The notes beneath the pieces were generated by a model that was given only the letters and a program-made list of their open reading frames with translations, was not told the DNA's origin and searched no databases. From an uncultured Candidatus Rokubacteria bacterium (GTDB lineage: Bacteria > Methylomirabilota > Methylomirabilia > Rokubacteriales > CSP1-6), in NCBI GenBank assembly GCA_963848005.1, contig CAWKCA010000011.1, positions 1 through 50,779 on the forward strand: DNA of 50,779 nt, given 5' to 3'. The translations under genes and the position numbers were made by a program. This document shows positions 42,734-50,779 of the stretch, piece after piece (within the stretch, counting starts at the first letter, position 1; each line of letters begins with the position of its first letter).

Positions 42734-43729
42734 ACGGTTGGGGGAACGGTGACTAAGACGTCGGCTGCTCTGACCCTCGCCCTCGCGCTCCTCACTGCGC
42801 CGATTCCCGCAAGGGCTCAGCCGGCGGGGATCGCTCGGATCGGCTGGCTCGGTCTCCCTAGTCAGGCTGCCAACGCCGACCTCGTCTCAGGATTTCGGGA
42901 AGGGCTCCGAGAGTTCGGATACACGGAAGGAAGGAACCTCGCCATCGAGTATCGCTTCGCAGAGGGGCGGAGTGAACGACTGGCAAACCTAGCGGTCGAG
43001 CTGGTCGGCCTGCCCGTGAGCGCCATCGTCGTCACCTCGGCCCAGGCAGCGATTGCGGCCAAGCGAGCGACCGCGACGATCCCGATCGTCCTGGTGACGG
43101 TGGGCGATCCTGTCGGTATAGGGTTGATCGCCAGCCTTGCCAAGCCTGGCGGCAACGTCACGGGAGTCTCCTCTGCTCAAGAAGACTTCTCAGCGAAATT
43201 GCTGGGACTGCTGCGGGAGGTTGTACCGGGGGCCTCTCTGCTTGCCTACCTCGATGATCTCGATAGTCCCATCGCGCGGATTCACTGGAAGAACATACAG
43301 GGCGCTGGACGGACGCTCGGCGTGGCGGTGCAGGTCTTTTCCGTCACCAAGCCCGATGCCGTCGAGCCCCAACTGATCGCAATCAGCCGGGCGCGGGTCC
43401 AGGGCATTGTCGTAGGACCGACTCCGATACCCCGTACCAGACAAAAGGAGATCGTAGAGTTTGCCGCCCGAAACCGGCTTCCCGCAATCTATGCAGGCCG
43501 GGACTATGTTGTTTCCGGAGGACTGATGTCGTACAACCCGAATCGCCCTGGAATGGGACGGCAAGGCGCGATCTACGTCGGCAAGATTCTTCAGGGGGCA
43601 AAACCCGCCGATCTTCCTGTCGAGCAGCCCACTAAGATCGAATTCGTGATTAACCTGAAGGCGGCGAAGGCGTTGGGGCTAACGATCCCGCAATCAGTGC
43701 TGCTGCGAGCCGACGAAATCGTCGAGTGA
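42698..43729 (+). CDS. ABC_sub_bind-type orphan substrate-binding protein, paralog 2
   Basis: Intact ORF with the same C-terminal signature (LPVEQPTKIEFVINLKAAKALGLTIPQSVLLRADEIVE). The true start is probably downstream of 42698, after the element. Confidence 0.7.
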   Translation: MPPLKLALGFATTVGGTVTKTSAALTLALALLTAPIPARAQPAGIARIGWLGLPSQAANADLVSGFREGLREFGYTEGRNLAIEYRFAEGRSERLANLAVELVGLPVSAIVVTSAQAAIAAKRATATIPIVLVTVGDPVGIGLIASLAKPGGNVTGVSSAQEDFSAKLLGLLREVVPGASLLAYLDDLDSPIARIHWKNIQGAGRTLGVAVQVFSVTKPDAVEPQLIAISRARVQGIVVGPTPIPRTRQKEIVEFAARNRLPAIYAGRDYVVSGGLMSYNPNRPGMGRQGAIYVGKILQGAKPADLPVEQPTKIEFVINLKAAKALGLTIPQSVLLRADEIVE

Positions 43730-43750
43730 CGACCAGCCTCTCATGCCAAG

Positions 43751-43826
43751 GCGCCGCGAACCTCAACTTCGGTATATAGCCGCCGGCCTGCGGCCGCGGC
43801 TGATACGTGGCGTTCGCCGTACAGGC
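43751..43826 (+). promoter_or_regulatory. Conserved upstream element, degenerate copy D (upstream of SBP3)
   Basis: The 3' half CGGCCGCGGCTGATACGTGGCGTTCGCCGTACAGG matches the consensus. Confidence 0.45.
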
Positions 43827-43869
43827 CGGTTGGTCAGGAGCGGTGATAGGGCCGAGGGAGGGAGCGGCG

Positions 43870-44875
43870 ATGTGCGCTAGTTGGGCCGGCCGCGCGAGAC
43901 CGATAGTCCATCGCGGCGCCTTCGCCCTTGCCCTGATCATTCTCGCGTCTTCGCTCGGCGCCTCGGCGCAGCAGGCGGGGAAGGTATATCGGATCGGGTT
44001 TCTCGGCGGCGCATCTGCCGGAGACGTCCCGCTCCCGAGCCTTCGCGAGGGCTTGCGTGAACTCGGTTATGTCCAGGGCAAGAACGTTGCTTTTGAATAT
44101 CGATTCGCCGAGGACAAGAACGAGCGGCTCCCGGGCCTCGCCGCGGAACTGGTTCGCAGCAAGGTGGACGTCATCCTGCCGCATGGATCACCGGCGACCC
44201 GCGCCGCCAAGCAGGCGACGAACACGATTCCTATCGTCATGGTGGGTGCCGGTGATCCGGTGGGGACGGGATTTGTCGTCAGTCTCGCCCGCCCCGGCGG
44301 CAACGTTACCGGGCTGTCCACCATCTCCGCGGGCTTGGCCGCGAAACGTCTGGAGCTCCTCAAGGGAGCCGTGCCGAAGCTCCAGGGTGGCCGTGCTCTG
44401 GAATCCGGCCAACCCGAGTGGCAGGCCGCAGCTTAAAGAGACCGAGGCCGCGGCCCGCTCGCTGGACATCGAAACCCAACTTGTCGAAGTGCGAGATCCC
44501 AAGGAGTTAGAAAGCGCCTTCGCCGCGATGCTCAAGGCTCGCGCCGGCGCTTTCACTGTGATCGCGGACCCCTTGTTTCTCAGCCAACGGAGACGAATTG
44601 CAGACCTCGGGATGACGAAAGGACTGCCTTCAGTCTTCGCGCGGAATGAAAATGTGGAAGCCGGGGGGCTGATGTCCTATGGCCCCATCTTGGCCGACCT
44701 GTTTCGGCACGCCGCCGTCTACGTGGACAAGATTCTCAAGGGTGCGAAGCCCGAAGATCTGCCGGTTGAGGAGCCGACAAGGATGCATCTGGTGATCAAT
44801 CAGAAGACCGCCAAGGCACTGGGTCTCACCATTCCGCACGAACTGCTGCGGCGCGCCGATCAGGTGATCGAATGA
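43870..44875 (+). CDS. ABC_sub_bind-type orphan substrate-binding protein, paralog 3, one frameshift near 44385
   Basis: Signal peptide, family core, and the C-terminal LPVEEPTRMHLVINQKTAKALGLTIPHELLRRADQVIE in frame 44057..44875. Confidence 0.7.
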
Positions 44876-45004
44876 TCGCTCGGCAGCCTTCGGGTCGATC
44901 CGCGAGGTCACGGCCAGGCAGACTGCCCGGGCGAAGGCAGATCATCGGGCCGGCCACACACCGCGCGTGCGTGCCGCCCGCGCGAATGAGCGTCGGCTTC
45001 AATC

Positions 45005-45083
45005 GGGCGTCGAACATGGCAGTGGAGCGGCCGGCGCGCATTCGCTCGCCGCCGCCGCTCACTGCCAGCGTTCGCCGCACACT
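45005..45083 (+). promoter_or_regulatory. Conserved upstream element, copy F (upstream of SBP4)
   Basis: GGGCGTCGAACATGGCAGTGGAGCGGCCGGCGCGCATTCGCTCGCCGCCGCCGCTCACTGCCAGCGTTCGCCGCACACTGA. Stem arms GCAGTGGAGCGGC / GCCGCTCACTGC show compensatory changes relative to copy A. Confidence 0.6.
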
Positions 45084-45189
45084 GAAAGGGATCGAGGCCG
45101 TCGGCACGACCATCGGTTCGTCAACAGGTCGCGAGATCGATAGAATCCGAGAGCTGCCGTGCGAGCTGCTATCGGGCCGAAGACGTCGA

Positions 45190-46166
45190 GGCGTCGGTAA
45201 TGCGTCTTTGCGCCATGGCGCTCCTCCTACTCCTTTCCGGTCTCTTGCTTGTCGCCGAGATCCAGTCTGCGGGGCGCTGCCGACGGTCGGGTACCTCCTC
45301 GCCGGCCCGTCACAGTGCAAGCTCGCTCCGCGGGACGAGGCCTTCTACCAAGGCCTCCGCGATTTGGGTTATATCCCCGGCCAGAACATCACAGTGGACC
45401 GCAGGTGCTTCAGCACGGGCGACGAGATGCGCAACGTGTTGCGCGGGTTCGTCAACCGTAGGTGGACGTCATCTTCGTGGCCGCCCCCGCACTGGCCTTG
45501 GCGGCCGAACCGCCACCAGGCAGATTCCAATCGTGTGCAGCTCCTGTGGCGATCCTCGAAAACGGCCTTGTGGCCAGCCTGGCTCGCCCGGGAGGAAACG
45601 TCACCGGGCTGGCGAGCCAGTCGGCGGAGCTCATCGGGAAGCGGGTCGACTGCTGAGAGAGGCGGTTCCAAGAGTCTCCGCGTCGCAGCCCTCCTGAACC
45701 CGGACAACCCGGGAACTCGCCCGACATTGAAGGCTCTCGACGAAGCCGGCCGCGCCCTGGGCATCCAGATTCAGCGAGTAGAGTTTCGAAACGTCGGCGA
45801 GCTTGACAAGGCCTTCCGATCGGCAGCGACAGGGGGTGCCACCGCGGTCCTGGTACAGGACGACCCACACGCCCTCGCCGGCCGAATCAATCGCGGAGTT
45901 CGCCCTGGGCACCGCCTTCCTGCGGTCGCCGGCGTTCCCAAATACGCCGAGGCAGGCGGCCTGATCGCGTACGGTCCCAGCCGAAGCGACCTGTACCGGC
46001 GCGCCGCCACGTTCGTCGACAAGATCCTCAAGGGCGCGAAGCCTGGCGACCTCCCATCGAGCAACCGACGAAGTACGACTTGATCATCAATCTCAAAACG
46101 GCCAAGGCGATCGGCTTGACGATACCGCCGTCGCTGCTGCTGCAGGCGGACAGGGTCATTCAATGA
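45190..46166 (+). pseudogene. ABC_sub_bind-type substrate-binding protein, paralog 4, many frame disruptions
   Basis: Family blocks ([105 protein letters not shown]) are scattered over three frames. Confidence 0.55.
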
Positions 46167-46246
46167 CCCAAGACTGGAAGCGCCCTCGAAGTTCAGCACA
46201 CCCGCTTGCAGAGCGTGATGCAGCACCGGCTGAGTGCCGCACCGCG

Positions 46247-46312
46247 GGGCGTCGAACTGCGCGGTGCAGCGGCCCGGCTACGCCGGCCGCTGACCGCAGC
46301 GTTCGGCGGATC
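46247..46312 (+). promoter_or_regulatory. Conserved element, partial copy E (between SBP4 and hicB-like)
   Basis: GGGCGTCGAACTGCGCGGTGCAGCGGCCCGGCTACGCCGGCCGCTGACCGCAGCGTTCGGCGGATC. The palindrome CAGCGGCC..GGCCGCTG is kept but the GCGTTGCTCG box is missing. Confidence 0.5.
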
Positions 46313-46339
46313 TGCCCAAGGAGCCGGTGCCAGGGCTGT

Positions 46340-46576
46340 ACACTCATGACCCGGAGGCCATGAAAGCTGGATAACGTTCAAGGTGGAGATCGAGCGGGAA
46401 GACGACGGCCGTTGGCTCGCAGAGGTCGTCAGCTTCCCGGGCATGCTGGCGACGGCGAGACGCAGGAGACGGCCCTATCAAGGGTTCAGGCTCTGGCCCT
46501 CCGCGTGATCGCCGAGCGGTTCGAGCACGGCGAGGCCGGATCTGACCTGCTGAGCATCTCCTTCAACGCGGCGTGA
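46340..46576 (+). CDS. hicB: HicB-family antitoxin-like protein, one frameshift
   Basis: ITFKVEIEREDDGRWLAEVVSFPGMLA then, after a +1 shift, GETQETALSRVQALALRVIAERFEHGEAGSDLLSISFNAA. Both match the HicB / UPF0150 pattern. Confidence 0.55.
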
Positions 46577-46603
46577 ACGGCGGCCAGTACCCGCTATCGC
46601 CGG

Positions 46604-46760
46604 GTGTCGGCGGCCCTCCTGAAAACCCGCTGGGTGGTCAAGCGTCAGTCTGGTTCGCACCAAACGTTATCCCGCTCAGGATGGGCCGACTTCGTGTTTT
46701 CCTTTCACGACGACGAGGAGATCGGGCCCCGAATACTGTCCGGGATCGCGAACCCACCGG
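46604..46760 (+). CDS. hicA: HicA-family mRNA-interferase toxin-like protein (3' end uncertain)
   Basis: SAALLKTRWVVKRQSGSHQTLSRSGWADFVFSFHDDEEIGPRILSGIA matches the HicA (YcfA) motif GW..R..GSH. GTG start at 46604. Confidence 0.55.
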
Positions 46761-46920
46761 CTTGCGGCCCGGGACCTGTGAGCCCGCCATACCGCCGAAC
46801 CAGCCACTGGAGCGGACCGGCTTGGCCGGCCGCTCGCCGGCAGCGTTGCGTCGGGGCGACGCACGACGGCGTCGTCGGAACCGAGTGGGGATAAGGCCTG
46901 CTCCCCGCCTCCGGTGAGCA

Positions 46921-46998
46921 GCCGAACGCGCCGCTCCGGCGGACCGGCGGATCGCGTTGCTCGCCCCTCGGCTGCTGAGCACCGGCGTTCGCCAGAGT
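46921..46998 (+). promoter_or_regulatory. Conserved upstream element, copy C (about 215 nt upstream of amidase)
   Basis: GCCGAACGCGCCGCTCCGGCGGACCGGCGGATCGCGTTGCTCGCCCCTCGGCTGCTGAGCACCGGCGTTCGCCAGAGTAG. Confidence 0.6.
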
Positions 46999-47212
46999 AG
47001 TCGATCAGAGATCGAAGGATCCACAAGAGGCGGGAAGGTGCTCCAATCGACATCACGAACCCGGAGCCGTTGCCGCTTCCTGCTTGGGGCCGCGCTCCTC
47101 GGAACTGCGCGGATCATCGCTGAACCGGAGACGCCTGGAGCACCATCGCCGAATGGCCTCAGGCGGGCACCAAGGTAAGGCGAAGGACAGGAGCCCGCAG
47201 GGAGGACCGCAC

Positions 47213-48668
47213 GTGGCTGATCTGTCGTTCACGCCGGCTGTGGAGCTGCTCAGGCTCTACCGGGCGGGCAAGGTCTCGCCGCTGGAGGTCATGGAGGCGG
47301 TGCTCGCCCGGATCGACGCCGTGAACCCGCGGGTGAACGCCATGGTGACCATCGCCCGCGAGTCGGCCCGGCGCGAGGCCCGCCGGGCCACCGCCGCCCT
47401 GCGCCGGCGGGCCTCGCTGCCGCCGCTCTTCGGGGTGCCCGTCGGCATCAAGGACGTCACGCCGACCCGCGGCATCCGCACGACCTATGGATCGACGCTC
47501 TACGCCGATCACGTGCCGGAGGAGGACGCGCTGGTGGTCGAGCGCCTGCGCGCCGCCGGCGCCATCGTGATCGGCAAGACGAACACGCCGGAGTTCGCCT
47601 TCGGCCCCAACACGGTCAACGCGCTGTTCGGGGCCACGCGCAACCCGTGGAATCCGGCCCTCAGCGCGGGCGGGTCCAGCGGGGGCTCGGCAGCGGCGCT
47701 CGCCACCGGCATGTGCACGCTGGCCGAGGGCACCGACCTCGGGGGCTCCCTCCGCGGGCCGGCTTCCTTCTGCGGGGTGGTGGGGTTCCGCACGACCCCC
47801 GGGCTGATCCCGCGATACCCGTCCGTGCTGGCGTGGGACACGTACTCGGTGGAGGGCCCGATGGCGCGGTCCGTCGCGGACACGGCCCTGATGCTCTCGG
47901 TGATGGCCGGCCCCGACGACCGGGCGCCCCGTCTCCTACCCCGTCGATCCGCGTGAGTTCGTGCGAGCGGTGCGGGCGCCCTCGATCAAGGGCTGCCGCA
48001 TCGCGTGGACGCCCGATCTCGGCGGGCTGGTGCCGGTCGATCGCGAGGTGCAGGCCGTGTTCGAGCGCGCGGTCGGGGTGTTCCGGGCGGCCGGGGCCCG
48101 CACGGAGGCGGCCTGCCCCGACATGAGCGACGTGCCGGAGATCGTGCGGCTCACCCGCGGGCTCCTCATGGTCGCCCGCCACGCCGACAAGCTCCCGCAG
48201 CACCGCGCCGTCCTCCAGGCGGGACTGGTGGAGAACACCGACCAGGGGCTCGCCCTGTCCGCGCGGGAGATCGCCGAGGGCGAGCTCCTGCGCACGCGGC
48301 AGTGGCAGCGGGTGCGCGAGTTCCTGGCCCGGCGCGACCTCTGGGTGACGCCGACGGCGGCGGTGCCCCCGTTCCCCATCGGAGAGCCACACGCGATCGA
48401 GGTGAACGGCCAGCCCCTGGGCAAGGGGATGGCGCGCTCGTACCTGACCTACGCGTTCTCGGTGCTCGGCCTGCCGGCGATCTCCATCCCGGCCGGCTTC
48501 ACCGGGACCGGGCTCCCGGTGGGGCTCCAGATCGTCGGCAAGCCCCGGGGCGAGGCCGCCGTCCTTCGGGCGGCCGCGGCCTTCGAGGCCGCCCACCCCT
48601 GGGCTCACCGCGTTCCTCCGGTGGTCAGCGCCGAGTCATGCGTCGAACCCTCGCGCCAACCGCGCTAG
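47213..48668 (+). CDS. Amidase-signature family amidase (GatA-like), one frameshift near 47940
   Basis: GIKD..GGSSGGSAAALA and Ser-cisSer-Lys region motifs are present. The C-terminal half is in frame 47961..48668. GTG start with a GGGAGGA RBS. Confidence 0.75.
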
Positions 48669-48685
48669 GATGAAACGTCACGACG

Positions 48686-49217
48686 ATGCAGACCCTTCGG
48701 ACGCTCGCTCTCGGCCTCGCCCTCGTGCTTACGGGCTGCCGGATTCCGTTCATCTCCGTCGACCCGGCCGCCGTGACCCAGCTCAGGGACGCCAGCGGGC
48801 GCGTGGTGGGAAAAGCCGTGCTCGCTCAGGACAACGGATCGGTGCGGATCGTCCTCGACGTCATCGGGCTGACCAAGGGGGACAAGGGCGTGCACATTCA
48901 CGAGGTCGGGAAGTGCGATCCCCCGGGGTTCGAGTCGGCCGGCGACCACTTCAATCCCACGAAGGCCCAGCACGGCAGTACCAATCCGAAGGGACCTCAC
49001 GCCGGCGACCTGCCCAACATCACCATTGACGCGAACGGGCGAGGGCATCTCGAGGCCACGCTCAAGCGAGTGTCCATCGAGAAAGGCAGCGCGTCGCTCT
49101 TCGACGCCGACGGGAGCGCCATCGTCATCCATGCCGATCCCGACGACCTGAGCACGGACCCCAGCGGAAACAGCGGCGCGCGGATCAGCGTGCGGGGTGA
49201 TCGTGCGCGGGAATTGA
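48686..49217 (+). CDS. sodC: Cu/Zn superoxide dismutase lipoprotein, one frameshift near 49186
   Basis: Lipobox LTGC. Copper-ligand region GVHIHEVGKCD..GDHFNP..HAGDLPNI and the terminal ACGVIVRGN* (in the adjacent frame) are present. It is not in the ORF track because the read-through frame runs off the window. Confidence 0.75.
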
Positions 49218-49317
49218 GGGCATGGGGGGCTCGGGCGCCCCCCAAACCCCCAGCGCTGGCCACGAGGGTCGCGACGGGGCGCGTGGGGATCGGCTCCATG
49301 AGCGCGGAGGTGACAGC

Positions 49318-50508
49318 ATGCTCGCGTCCATCAGCGAGATCCTCGACGACCTGCGCCGGGCCGCCCATCATCCTGGTGGATGACGAGGACCGCGAGAACG
49401 AGGGCGACCTGGTGTGCCCGGCGGAGAAGGTCACGCCGGAGATCATCAACTTCATGACGCGCCACACCCCGGGCTATCTGTGCGTGGCGCTCGCCGCCGC
49501 CGACTGCGACCGTCTCGAGCTCCACCCCCAGGCCGCCTCGAACACGTCGCTGCGCGGCACCGCGATGGCCGTGTCGGTGGACGGGCATCCCCGCCACGGC
49601 GTGGGCACGGGCATCTCGGCGTCGGACCGGGCGCGCACGGCCCGCCTGCTGGCGAACCCGGCCGCGGCCGGACGACCTGGTCCGGCCCGGCCACATGGTG
49701 CCGCTGCGGGCCGGGACGGCGGCGTCCTGGTGCGCACCGGACAGACCGAGGGATCGGTGGACTCGCGGCTCGCCGGGCTCAACCCGGCCGCGGTCATCAG
49801 CGAGGTGTGCCGCGAGGACGGCGAGATGGCCCGCATGCCGGACCTCGAGGTCTTCGCCCGGCGAGTCCGGGCTCCGGATGTGCTCGGTCGAGCAGATCAT
49901 CCACCATCGCCTCGGGCGCGAGCGCCTCGTCCACCGCCTGCCGCCCGGCGAGGGCATGCCGATCGACACCGACCACGGCCGGTTCAACCTCATCGCCTAC
50001 CAGAGCGTGGTCGACCGCCTGCCTCACCTGGCCTTCTGCGCCGGCGACGTGGGCCGCTCGACCCGTCGGGTCACCCGCTCGAGACCCAGAGCCGACGCTG
50101 GTCCGGATGCACCGGCGCGACCTGCTGGGCGACGTGTTCGGCGACAAGGCGAACCCGTCCAACCAGGTGCTGGCCGCCTCGCTGCGCCGGATCCAGGCCG
50201 AGGGCCACGGCGTGGTCGTCTACCTCAGGCCCGAAGGGACCGGTGAGGGCTGTCCGGCTCCTGCAGGCCTGGATGTATCCCCCCTGGCCGGCGGCCGAGG
50301 GCGCCCTCGGCGGCGACCTCACCGGGGCTGAGGGCCGGGGCGCGGGCGATGCCATGAACCGCCGCGACTTCGGCATCGGCGGCCAGATCCTGCGCGATCT
50401 CGGGCTCCGGCAGCTCCCGGGTCCTCACCAACAGCCCGAAGCGGCTGCACCATCTCCAGGCGTTCGGTCTCGAAGTGGTCGAGACCGTCCACATCGAGGG
50501 GCTGTAGG
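49318..50508 (+). pseudogene. ribBA: Bifunctional RibBA-like (DHBP synthase / GTP cyclohydrolase II-like), at least 3 frameshifts
   Basis: DHBP-synthase motifs (DDEDRENEGDLV, TGQTEGSVDL) and C-terminal cyclohydrolase-II-like RDFGIGGQILRDLGL..LTNSPKRL are spread over three frames. Probably indel errors. Confidence 0.65.
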
Positions 50509-50559
50509 GCATTGTCGGAGTCTCGAGGAGTGTCCCGGGTTCCCCGGGATGCGCGCGCG

Positions 50560-50779
50560 ACCACGCGGGCGCGCTTCGGCGTCGTCTTTCTCCCAGAGAC
50601 GCTGGCCGACTTCGGCGCGCTGTGCCGCGAGGCGGAGGACAACGGCTTCGATCTGCTCGGAGTGGCCGACTCGCAGTCGGTGTTTCGTGAGCTGTACGTC
50701 GCCCTCACCCTGGCCGCCCTCAACACCTCGCGCATCCGGCTCCGGGCCGCTCGTCACCAATCCCCTGACCCGGCACCTG
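50560..50779 (+). CDS. LLM-class F420/flavin-dependent oxidoreductase, 5' fragment (runs off window)
   Basis: RFGVVFLPETLADFGALCREAEDNGFDLLGVADSQSVFRELYVALTLAAL matches the LLM N-terminal region. Confidence 0.55.

Noticed and set aside
48670-49029. 119-aa Arg-rich ORF listed in the track.
   Set aside because: It is the wrong frame over the sodC gene, and the SOD motifs appear in the adjacent frame.
1-50779. tRNA, rRNA or CRISPR arrays.
   Set aside because: Scanned for T-loop (GGTTCGA-like) motifs with acceptor-stem context, rRNA-like conserved stretches and short direct repeats with spacers. None found. The only repeat family is the ~80-nt upstream element, which lacks CRISPR periodicity.

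Overview
The window is 50.8 kb of high-GC (about 68-70%) bacterial chromosome, most consistent with a soil or metagenome-derived organism. It is densely packed with metabolic genes on both strands. No rRNA, tRNA or CRISPR was found.

Main contents:
(1) Two about 95% identical, lower-GC SPFH/band-7 (prohibitin-like) genes with their upstream regions, at 256..1209 (+) and 28092..29039 (-). They form an inverted duplication bracketing about 27 kb.
(2) A six-gene operon (3510..10450): LodA-like cysteine tryptophylquinone (CTQ) amino-acid oxidase, LodB-like flavoprotein, class V glyoxylate-type aminotransferase, TauD/TfdA dioxygenase, alpha/beta hydrolase and TauE/SafE exporter. This is the best candidate for an undescribed pathway.
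(3) A molybdopterin oxidoreductase plus a group of flavin/F420-type oxidoreductases (two LLM, HpaB-like, NIPSNAP, nitronate monooxygenase, DinB).
(4) A Dpp/Opp-type ABC importer (BCDF, two family-5 SBPs) with a crotonase.
(5) A nitroreductase / HIBADH / threonine dehydratase / EthD-RidA / 3-hydroxyanthranilate dioxygenase cluster reminiscent of nba/amn pathways.
(6) D-aminoacylase, GT4 glycosyltransferase, amidohydrolase-2, AKR and ABM genes.
(7) Four tandem orphan ABC_sub_bind-type SBP paralogs, each preceded by a conserved, partly palindromic ~80-nt element. Copies of the element also flank a hicB-hicA-like pair and sit upstream of an amidase.
(8) A sodC lipoprotein, ribBA and a truncated LLM gene at the 3' edge.

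About 30 single-base frameshifts interrupt otherwise recognisable genes. Many sit at G/C homopolymers, so most 'pseudogene' appearances are probably assembly indel errors rather than biology.
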